64,000 nt of DNA from NCBI GenBank assembly GCA_964645485.1, contig CAZXZO010000007.1:441-64440 (forward strand). The letters run 5' to 3'. A program made the position numbers and the translations under genes. The notes under the pieces are model-generated. The model ran no database searches. It was not told the DNA's origin and was given only the letters and a program-made list of their open reading frames with translations. This DNA is from an uncultured Candidatus Poseidoniales archaeon (GTDB lineage Archaea; Thermoplasmatota; Poseidoniia; Poseidoniales; Thalassarchaeaceae). The number at the start of each line of letters is the position of its first letter. Position 1 is the stretch's first letter. Below are positions 28,301-35,332 of the stretch, one piece after another.

Positions 28301-30602
28301 GTGCCTTCGGGTAAAATTGGTTGACTTACTAGGCAGCGAAGGACCTCAAACATTAGAAGTACTAGTCGACAGATTGCCCTTCCCTAAGGAAATGATAGAG
28401 AACATATTGCATGAGTTAGAAGTTCGCAACATAGTCACCATTGGATTCTATAGACAAACGGAAGAAGGTGAATTTATCTTAAGGGTAGATGAACACTATC
28501 TGACTGGTGGAGAGGAAGAAGTCATCGCTTATCGCAACCTGCAAAATTTACTGTTAACGAAATCTTTCAAATTACATGATGACCCATTAGGTGCACTTTC
28601 TTCCCACGTAATGATTCAAAAAATGCATGAATTATTAGACCGCGTGAAGGATTTCCGCTTCGCTGATTGGAAGGATATGAAACATGATTCAGATGTTTTG
28701 ATGGGCCGTTTACTACACAATCGAATTGGATACACCAAAAAGGACCAAATGGGTTTACTTCTAGGCTTGAGACCAGAACCATGGATTGGTGATATGGAAG
28801 CCAAATTAATGACCAAAGTTCCGGCTGGAGAAAATGTAACAAGACAACAAATATTGATCGATATTCCTCGTGATGATGAATCTAAACATTTGATGAATCG
28901 GGCAAAATATGCTCTAAATAATATGGAACGTCAACTACTTTATGTCAAACAATATGAAGAGTTGCCAGAGAGAAAACGCAGTCTTTCCCTATTTCACCGG
29001 GTTCACGAAGTGTATCATCCATTACCTTTTGACGATGCATTAGTTGAGTTAATTAACAGAATAGGGCCGGTAAAAAGATACACTCTTGGCTGGTATATCA
29101 GTAGATCTGGCGATGAACTAGAAGATACCTTGAAATTGCTTTTAGAGCAAGGTAGAATCACTAAAGTTTCAGCGCTACAACCAGGTTTAACAGATTTCTA
29201 TTGTATCCCATCTGATGTATCAGAAGTCAAAAAACGTATCCGCGAAGATAGGCAGATGCGAATCTTAACCCAATCAGATCCTTTCTGTTCACGCTTCATT
29301 CAAGAAGTAAGATATGTACTGAAACAAGGTTGGTATTATCCTGTATTCAAAGGTGTAGACCCGGTTGGAAGGATATTGATGTACAAAGTAAATGATTACC
29401 TTGAAATCAAAGATATACACATTCCACATGCATACTTAGATGAATTTGTCGAGCAGTTTGAACGCCTCTTAGAAAATTATAGAGATACCCTAGTAGAAAT
29501 TTCAGTATTAACTAATTTCAATGGTGAAAATATATCCGAGGCCAGACCAGAAACCATTGACGCGTTCACTAGAATTGGATTTCAAGCGATTGGTGACGGG
29601 CGGAGGATGATTCGTGGCGGTGTTATGGACCCACGACCAGTCAAAGAATCTGTGAGAGTATTATTCTATAATCATAAAATGCATCAAGACTCAAGAAGTG
29701 AAAATGAAACCATTGCTGTAAAAGACCTGATGGAAATTAGAGATGATTTCGCATTAAGAGGACGCAGTGAAGCGTATCGAGTTAACCTTTCTTCAATGGC
29801 TAGTGCTAACCAATTGCACCAGGGGACCAATTTAACCGGGCATAGAGTGTATGCTCCATATTCACATTTCCAGAAGTTGCTGACAATTCGAAATTTACCT
29901 CCTGATGAAGAATTATTAGATGTCTTGGAATTCTTCACTGATAATTCAGACCCTCAATTATTCATGGATAGACATGCGTTACGGCGCTCGGAGTTCCGCA
30001 AACTCGCTCAACCACTAATTCGCTCAGGTCACTTAGTTCAAGACTACAGAGGAGGGTTCCGTACAGTTCATCCAACTATTATCACCGACCACTGGCAATT
30101 CAAACAAGATTATCTCATTGAATTGATAAAAGAAATTCCAGTTATCACCATGAAACAATGTGAAAAAATGGCAGGCAAGCCATACAAACCTGAAGAAATC
30201 ATGACGGTTCTTCAATATCTTGTGGATGAAGGACAACTAATCAAAGGATTCCTGTTAGAAGATTTGAATCAAGTTTGTTGGGGTCGGAAAAAGATGCTTG
30301 AAAGTTCATCTGTAGTTCCCGTAATGCGGGATTTCGTTTTACCTCCGTCCGACCCTCTAGCACCATACTTTGCCTCTTTGTTGAGAGAAAGATTCGGATT
30401 TGGTTCTGCCTATTTGGTATTCCACAATGAGGAACCAATTGCTGCATTCAAGGCAAATACAAGAGAGAATATCATCGATGTCAAAGACATTGTTGCTGAC
30501 CCGAAGTTGGAAAAGCAAGCATTGAGAGTTATGAAAGAATTCGCTTGGGAACATAGTATGCCTTTACGTGGTAAGGTTCTTGAAAAACTCAAGAAGCGTT
30601 AG
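25308..30602 (+). CDS. lhr: Lhr-family DExH helicase with long C-terminal extension (1764 aa)
   Basis: Motif I SPTGSGKT, DExH ILDELHS, motif VI QRVGRASH, and the Lhr beta-barrel segment GDVILLGGTTYRIQSIQGSRVNVTPV...PSWSGE. About 860 further residues follow. Confidence 0.9.
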   Translation: MAEIVYLDSYEESEVIFSQLSQPVRDWFKDKFPDFTDPQKMAIPSITAGDNLLLCSPTGSGKTLTAFLGIIDKLIRKSLDGALEKKVYCVYISPIKALANDIQKNLIEPLTEIKSRFLPGRSKDIKVGLRTGDTSQSERQKMLRNPPHILITTPESLGLALASSKFRPLMADLNWIILDELHSLVPSKRGTLLSLTMALLDSVITTPVQRIGISATMEPLDEVARFLVPVGDDTDEVKIAKISGARELDLDIILPHVRFGDPTFDHKQILDANVDRILDLVEAHTTTIVFVNTRKMTEEIVQKLRRLAGWDEEGIEAHHGSMNKQIRKDVEQRLKMGELRCCVSSSSLELGIDIGTVDCVIQLGSPGSIATALQRVGRASHHVGGIPRARFLPTGPHDLVELVALQGAIMSGEMDLLRFPENALDVLAQFMVGLTIVGEQDIDEVFELVTTAWPYRSLPYDDYIEVIDMLEEEKRLWVDWEENTLGKRGYSQMIYYTNLGTISPDNNYLVLNTDGSMIGQLSSSFVSSVRPGDVILLGGTTYRIQSIQGSRVNVTPVTGFRPTVPSWSGEALSRSAELSNAVLRLQKGTMLALRRQRDPRRLLMEGYGLSRQISESVARFMEQHVAESFEVPGPNRIMMEQIVGGVTTYMVTTCRGRAFNMTLGYFFAGIASAHEIQVHEISFDENGFLIKMSDDIDPAAFPAVFEANDHRRVIEGYLMDTQLFAKRFREVAGRSLIIPRRIGAEEVSPQQFQQKADALLKNHRAAEGSLLMKEVFNEIFHADLDMVGLNQFVSEVVQGSSRILHTRVKVPSPIGMNLYMSAFEDLLSMRTRAYLIKDIDPEILRRLLGQRALATQLDEEQVNTYYDDKVAIPKDADSLLDLMEMGGGLDKNHENPLYREKLDGIKKEDIRTWIRQLIKEEQIVRVSNTGHDGIDNKWFSKRMGDIHGTLGVLSSNNAEEFDDLRQFYLGGMTYDTSTKYKDTEAIEWEPTPLSDPHECLRVKLVDLLGSEGPQTLEVLVDRLPFPKEMIENILHELEVRNIVTIGFYRQTEEGEFILRVDEHYLTGGEEEVIAYRNLQNLLLTKSFKLHDDPLGALSSHVMIQKMHELLDRVKDFRFADWKDMKHDSDVLMGRLLHNRIGYTKKDQMGLLLGLRPEPWIGDMEAKLMTKVPAGENVTRQQILIDIPRDDESKHLMNRAKYALNNMERQLLYVKQYEELPERKRSLSLFHRVHEVYHPLPFDDALVELINRIGPVKRYTLGWYISRSGDELEDTLKLLLEQGRITKVSALQPGLTDFYCIPSDVSEVKKRIREDRQMRILTQSDPFCSRFIQEVRYVLKQGWYYPVFKGVDPVGRILMYKVNDYLEIKDIHIPHAYLDEFVEQFERLLENYRDTLVEISVLTNFNGENISEARPETIDAFTRIGFQAIGDGRRMIRGGVMDPRPVKESVRVLFYNHKMHQDSRSENETIAVKDLMEIRDDFALRGRSEAYRVNLSSMASANQLHQGTNLTGHRVYAPYSHFQKLLTIRNLPPDEELLDVLEFFTDNSDPQLFMDRHALRRSEFRKLAQPLIRSGHLVQDYRGGFRTVHPTIITDHWQFKQDYLIELIKEIPVITMKQCEKMAGKPYKPEEIMTVLQYLVDEGQLIKGFLLEDLNQVCWGRKKMLESSSVVPVMRDFVLPPSDPLAPYFASLLRERFGFGSAYLVFHNEEPIAAFKANTRENIIDVKDIVADPKLEKQALRVMKEFAWEHSMPLRGKVLEKLKKR

Positions 30603-31512
30603 ACCGTTTTTTTGGTAAAAATGGATCCATCAATCTGAGAATGTTATTGTGAAGTTCGGGTAAGATTTCAAATAGCACAATTGCCATTAAAAACATAGCA
30701 AACAAACTACCAACTTTTGCTGCATAAGAATGAGCGAAATCAAACATTCCGATTCCTAACCATTGCCAGTCTCGATATGTCATGTCAAGATAAATAATGC
30801 CAGCGTTACGAAATACATTGAGAATATGTATTAGCGGCAATGTTATGATTAAGCCACGAATTCTCAACTTCCAGGGTGATTTTTGCAGAGCAACTAAAGC
30901 GCCAACAAATACTATCATTGATTGCAGAGCACTACACGCTAAAATTATTGAAACACCTGTTGGAGAACCGTCTGCGTACTCAATTGGAATAAAAAATCCT
31001 CCTTCCCCAAGTGGTTCAAGGTGAAGCCAAGGGTTCCCAGTGAACTCTGAAAAAAGTGTAGTTGAGCCATCATAGTATTCTACATGAGCAGGGCCAACCT
31101 GAAGGTCTGCAATACCCGTCATTTTCAAAAACAAAACTGCCTGAATCGCGGTGAACCAAACAAGTGCAACTGAGAGGTAAGGAATCCACGAGATTGCTAA
31201 GTAAGGAAGTGCAGACCAAAAGACAGCACCCTTTAACCAATATAATGCAGGCTCTTCTTTACCGGCTTTTTGTGAATTATATTCCCAAACTCCTAATGCA
31301 ATCCCAATTGGCAATGTTGCACCAGACATCAGGATTAACACTGGGTCTGCTAATTCTATGTAATGAGGTGTGTCAAGGAAAAAGTAAGTACAAATGGATA
31401 TCCAGCCAATAGCAGAGATTGCAGCCTTGTTATCCAGCTTACTGTGGAAGGTATAACCTAAGGTTGCAATACCCAGCAAAGCAAAAACCAACCTCGCCTC
31501 TTCGATTGCCAT
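30589..31512 (-). CDS. Archaeosortase/exosortase-family membrane protein (ArtA-like)
   Basis: 307 aa, polytopic. Candidate catalytic Cys in SIILACSALQSM (aa 193) and Arg in LNVFRNAG (aa 235); the 42-residue Cys-Arg spacing resembles the remembered ArtA Cys173/Arg214. His/Lys in FDFAHSYAAK. The 3' end overlaps the lhr stop by 14 nt (convergent). Confidence 0.6.
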   Translation of the reverse strand: MAIEEARLVFALLGIATLGYTFHSKLDNKAAISAIGWISICTYFFLDTPHYIELADPVLILMSGATLPIGIALGVWEYNSQKAGKEEPALYWLKGAVFWSALPYLAISWIPYLSVALVWFTAIQAVLFLKMTGIADLQVGPAHVEYYDGSTTLFSEFTGNPWLHLEPLGEGGFFIPIEYADGSPTGVSIILACSALQSMIVFVGALVALQKSPWKLRIRGLIITLPLIHILNVFRNAGIIYLDMTYRDWQWLGIGMFDFAHSYAAKVGSLFAMFLMAIVLFEILPELHNNILRLMDPFLPKKRSNAS

Positions 31513-31519
31513 TTTTGTT

Positions 31520-31528
31520 CCCCCCCCC
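31520..31528. repeat. C9 (G9 on the minus strand) homopolymer tract in the divergent archaeosortase / gmhA promoter region
   Basis: Read directly: atttttgttc cccccccctg. On the minus strand the context is TTTAACCGCGACAAAACA-G9-AACAAAA-ATG, so the tract lies 7 nt upstream of the archaeosortase ATG. Confidence 0.9.
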
Positions 31529-31618
31529 TGTTTTGTCGCGGTTAAAGCCGCCTCTTTGTATTGTCGTGGTTCAACAAGTCGTAAATAGGCTGTCTGTCAG
31601 CGATTGTTCAGTGGTGAC

Positions 31619-32203
31619 ATGGAGAACGTCGACTTCAGAGAATTTTTAGAGGTGTATAAAGGCGATTTAGTCTCAGCGATTAACTCCCTTAATCAAGCCG
31701 ATTTGAATCAATTGACCAACGAAATCCTTTCCGTGATGGATAATGACGGCACAGTACATTTCATTGGAAATGGTGGTTCGGCTGCAACTCCATCCCACTC
31801 AGCAGGGGATTGGAGTAAAGAATTAGGACTCAAAACAATTTGTCACACAGATAATACCGCCTCATTAACCGCTTGGGCTAATGATACTGGATATGGCAAC
31901 ATCTTCGCAGGTGCTCTTGGAACTTGGGCAAAAGTGGGAGATTTAGTTGTGGGATACAGTGGGTCGGGAAATTCTGAGAATGTATTGAATGGAATGGTCA
32001 AAGCCAAGGAAATTGGCTGTAGGACTGCTGCAATCACAGGAAATTACAAAGATGGTGGGGGAGGGAAATTAGCAACAATGGTAGATGTTGCGATAATTTG
32101 TGAAACTACGTCTATGGAAAGAATAGAGGATTTACAACTCATTATTAACCACATGGTGAAGGAAGCCGTAAAATTAGAACGGAATCTTCCTAGTCATTCT
32201 TGA
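31619..32203 (+). CDS. gmhA: SIS-domain sugar isomerase, phosphoheptose isomerase (GmhA)-like
   Basis: VHFIGNGGSAATPSHSAGDW, GYSGSGNSENV, ITGNYKDGGGGKL and ERIEDLQLIINHMV parallel the E. coli GmhA layout. TTG 31604 is an alternative start. Confidence 0.75.
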   Translation: MENVDFREFLEVYKGDLVSAINSLNQADLNQLTNEILSVMDNDGTVHFIGNGGSAATPSHSAGDWSKELGLKTICHTDNTASLTAWANDTGYGNIFAGALGTWAKVGDLVVGYSGSGNSENVLNGMVKAKEIGCRTAAITGNYKDGGGGKLATMVDVAIICETTSMERIEDLQLIINHMVKEAVKLERNLPSHS

Positions 32204-32215
32204 GGTGAGTATTTC

Positions 32216-32860
32216 ATGTTACCATCACGTCATCAGTATGGTATCACTGACTTAGTCAAATTTCCACCTTTACCTAACAACCAAACTTGGGCGGGTGAAA
32301 TTGCATACCTAGACCGAGACGGAGTTCTAAACATAGGCAGTGAGGATTACATCAATTCAGTTGATGAATTAGAGGTTTTAGCCGGGGCTGCTTCTGCAGT
32401 TGCACGAATAAGACAGGCAGGATTTAGAGTGTGTATTGTGACCAATCAATCTCCTATAGGAAGGAGGTTGTGGGGTCATGAAAGACTTGGAGAGGTTAAT
32501 TCAGAACTACAAACACGGCTTTTAGAAGAAAACGAGGATGCACATCTCGATGTTATTCTTTACAGTCCATATGTTCCTTGGAGTAATGCTTGGGCTAGGA
32601 AAGGAAATCCTGGAATGTTACAGGTTGGACGGCAAATTATTGATGCCACTGAAAACGAAGCAGTAATCTCAGAATTTGATTATGGGGTTGATTATGTTGC
32701 TAGGGAAGAAGGTAATTCATTCATGGTGGGTGACAGAATGGCTGACATGAAGGCAGGATTAAATCATGGAGTGAGGACATTCCGTTGCAATCAACATATT
32801 GGGATTGCAGAGGTAGTAGAACGAGTCCTCGATTTCTCCGACATGGGCGATAGTCTCTGA
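32216..32860 (+). CDS. gmhB: HAD-family phosphatase, D,D-heptose 1,7-bisphosphate phosphatase (GmhB)-like
   Basis: HAD motif I YLDRDGVLN, motif II VTNQSPIGR, RKGNPGML, and motif IV FMVGDRMADMKAG. The Cys-rich zinc site of E. coli GmhB is not conserved. Confidence 0.7.
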   Translation: MLPSRHQYGITDLVKFPPLPNNQTWAGEIAYLDRDGVLNIGSEDYINSVDELEVLAGAASAVARIRQAGFRVCIVTNQSPIGRRLWGHERLGEVNSELQTRLLEENEDAHLDVILYSPYVPWSNAWARKGNPGMLQVGRQIIDATENEAVISEFDYGVDYVAREEGNSFMVGDRMADMKAGLNHGVRTFRCNQHIGIAEVVERVLDFSDMGDSL

Positions 32861-32900
32861 AACGACGCCCTCAAGTGTTACTGCCACGCGGCCAACATCA

Positions 32901-34151
32901 ATGGCATGGATTGGTCTTGACGATACTGACTCTGTCGAAAGTGGTTGTACAACGTGGGATTTCCACCTTTTATTGACCCATTTAGAGGAATCCGGGTTCA
33001 GTATTGTAGGCGCACCGAACTTGGTAAGGTTATGGCCCTTTGCACCTGAAAGAACTAGAGGAAATGCAGCCCTTTCTGCAGAAATTAAATCGTCGTCATC
33101 TACAATTTCCCTTAATGAAATTTTAGAAATTTGGTTTTATCAACGTTATATTTCTGATAACCCATCACTAGATGATGATAGGGTGGAGGCTGCTAGTCCA
33201 GTTCTGGTTTGTACCGAAAATAGGTTTCCTGAAAATTGGTATTGGGATGCAGTAAGGGGTTTTGTTGATCCTAGTAACAGGTTAGATGATGTGTCAGCAT
33301 TTTCTTCTGCTAGATTTTGGTCTGTGGAGGAAGATTCTAATTCTGCTCAAGTTATTAGAGGAATTGTAGGTGCAACAAGCGCCATTTCCTGGCGAGGAGA
33401 AAACGATTGGACATGGGAAGCAACTGCATGGAGGGAGGCTGAAAACATCGGTAAATCTCGCAAAGTTCCCGCGAATTTAGTAGGTACAATGTCAATAAAA
33501 TTTCCTCAAACCATACTTAATCGAGACCCAAATGCAGGCGATTCGTTAATCACTCCTCGTACGCCGTGCCCTGTTCTATATGGAATTAGGTCGGAAGACT
33601 GTGAGGTTGCCAAGCAAGCACACGATTGGTTACAGTCTAGTGATGAGGTAGAAAATGCAGTTGCAATGTGCGTTCATCGAACAAATCAAGCAACTGATGA
33701 TCATATTGAGAATATAGGCACCGGGGTGGTAATTTCAAGCGTTAGAGAAGTAAAAGGGGGCCATGCTTCTCTTTCTGTGTTTGACGGAGAACAACACTCA
33801 ACTTTAGTTGCCTTCAAGCAAGGTGGTGATGTTAATCGATTACTGAAATCTCTTCTAGTCGGTGATTTGGTAGAATGGAGAGGGTTGCTTTCCCCTAAAG
33901 GTGAATTTCATTTGGAATCCCTAATGTGTTCAGATGCAGTGCCGCGACAACTTTCACGCCCTATCTGTAAATGTGCAGGCAAATTCTGTCGCCAAGGTGT
34001 TGGCCAGCCATTGCGTTGTGAGCAATGTGGCGCGAAAGAAAAGTCTGAATGGCTAAATTCTAAGTTTGATTCTACCAAAATATGGGTGGAGCCCCCTAGT
34101 TCTAATCGTAGGCATCTGGCTAAACCACTAAACCGACAAGCGAAGAGGTAA
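32901..34151 (+). CDS. tiaS: tRNA(Ile2) 2-agmatinylcytidine synthetase TiaS
   Basis: Characteristic N-terminus MAWIGLDDTDSVESGCTTW; C-terminal zinc ribbon CKCAGKFCRQ...CEQCG; 416 aa. Confidence 0.85.
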   Translation: MAWIGLDDTDSVESGCTTWDFHLLLTHLEESGFSIVGAPNLVRLWPFAPERTRGNAALSAEIKSSSSTISLNEILEIWFYQRYISDNPSLDDDRVEAASPVLVCTENRFPENWYWDAVRGFVDPSNRLDDVSAFSSARFWSVEEDSNSAQVIRGIVGATSAISWRGENDWTWEATAWREAENIGKSRKVPANLVGTMSIKFPQTILNRDPNAGDSLITPRTPCPVLYGIRSEDCEVAKQAHDWLQSSDEVENAVAMCVHRTNQATDDHIENIGTGVVISSVREVKGGHASLSVFDGEQHSTLVAFKQGGDVNRLLKSLLVGDLVEWRGLLSPKGEFHLESLMCSDAVPRQLSRPICKCAGKFCRQGVGQPLRCEQCGAKEKSEWLNSKFDSTKIWVEPPSSNRRHLAKPLNRQAKR

Positions 34152-34177
34152 TTGAGGAGAGGTCGTCTCGGCATCTC

Positions 34178-34441
34178 ATGGTTGATTCAGTATCAATAGC
34201 ATATGTTCTGTTGTTCATGGCCTCAGGAGCACTAGTATATCTCATCATCAAGATGATTAAGCGCAATCAACAATCAATAATTGCTGAAAATGCTCCAGTG
34301 ATTGCTGGGTCAGATGAATTGGGTGGAAAGGCGAAAGATCCCGACCAATTCACTGAACCAGATGATGATGCCTTAGAAGAAATGGCTGAGTTGTTAGCAT
34401 CTGCTGCAGAAGCCCAAGGCATCGAGTACGAAGAAGACTGA
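34178..34441 (+). CDS. Small single-pass membrane protein with acidic C-terminal tail
   Basis: TM IAYVLLFMASGALVYLIIKMI followed by KRNQ; tail rich in D/E (DPDQFTEPDDDALEEMAE). Confidence 0.5.
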   Translation: MVDSVSIAYVLLFMASGALVYLIIKMIKRNQQSIIAENAPVIAGSDELGGKAKDPDQFTEPDDDALEEMAELLASAAEAQGIEYEED

Positions 34442-34444
34442 TGT

Positions 34445-35095
34445 TCAACTAAATCCTTCATCGTTTATTTGCAATTGAATAATGTCGTCCCCAATTTGAA
34501 GGTTCCTTTTTTGTAATCCTTTTTCTGAACTTGTTAGCTGCCAATTTGAAGGTAACAGATGTTCGAGTAATTTTTTTCCGCGGATTTTCCATTCTTTCTG
34601 CCCGCTCGCATCCCCATACAGTGCTGAAGTAATTAGTAACTTACATCCTGATGGCTGCAGAATTGTGGCCAAAGAATCAATTGCTGAAATAGCCAACCTG
34701 TCTGCTTGGCCACTCCTTGGAGTCCAATCATCAATGACAAATAATTGTGGAGTTAATCTTTGAGCTAGTTTACTGCCAGTAAGAATTCCACCCGCAACTC
34801 CTTCACCACATTCCATCATGTGATATTTTGCTAATGCAACCACATCTACATCATTGAGAATCTGGCTAAACCTGAGAGGGTCAGGTGATTTTTCACACAC
34901 CCAAATAACCCTTCCACCATCTAGTAATGTATCCCGTGCATATTGCAATGCTAATGAAGTTCCACCGCAGCCTTCCCCAACTGCCAAGTGCGTGATTGAG
35001 TGTAACAGAGGGAGGTCCACGCCTGTTGGTTTGTTTGGGGGTTCTTGAATACTTAGATTGAAAACCAATCTTTCAACGGTAATCGCTATGACCAT
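34445..35095 (-). CDS. RecA/KaiC-superfamily ATPase-like protein with degenerate P-loop
   Basis: Walker-A position reads GEGCGGTS (Thr where the Lys is expected); Walker-B-like QLFVIDDW; 216 aa, similar in size to archaeal RadB/KaiC-like single-domain proteins. Confidence 0.55.
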   Translation of the reverse strand: MVIAITVERLVFNLSIQEPPNKPTGVDLPLLHSITHLAVGEGCGGTSLALQYARDTLLDGGRVIWVCEKSPDPLRFSQILNDVDVVALAKYHMMECGEGVAGGILTGSKLAQRLTPQLFVIDDWTPRSGQADRLAISAIDSLATILQPSGCKLLITSALYGDASGQKEWKIRGKKLLEHLLPSNWQLTSSEKGLQKRNLQIGDDIIQLQINDEGFS

Positions 35096-35113
35096 GCACC
35101 ATGTGGGGCTGCC

Positions 35114-35332
35114 ATGAGCAGTAGTCGAGATAAGGAAAGAATCCCTCGCCGGTCTCTCCCAGCCTTCGAGGAAGTTGATGGAGGGTTGAGTGGTGCATTA
35201 CGCACTCATGGCTTGATTGGAACGGCCTTACTTGACAAGAATCAGTTTGGACCACAAGCAATGATTCTTCTACTAGTAATAACCGCAACTTGCACCGGTT
35301 TGGCGCTTGGTGGATTGATGTTAATCACTTGA
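35114..35332 (+). CDS. Possible small tail-anchored membrane protein (72 aa), speculative
   Basis: An ATG-initiated ORF fills most of an otherwise unexplained 229-nt gap. Charged N-terminal part (MSSSRDKERIPRRS) and hydrophobic C-terminus AMILLLVITATCTGLALGGLMLIT. No homology recognised. Confidence 0.25.
   Translation: MSSSRDKERIPRRSLPAFEEVDGGLSGALRTHGLIGTALLDKNQFGPQAMILLLVITATCTGLALGGLMLIT

Noticed and set aside
35073-35288. 71-aa minus-strand ORF in the 229-nt gap
   Set aside because: It overlaps the start of the RecA-like gene in another frame, has an odd His/Cys/Gln-rich composition and no TM or motif. The plus-strand 72-aa ORF is the better, though still weak, candidate.
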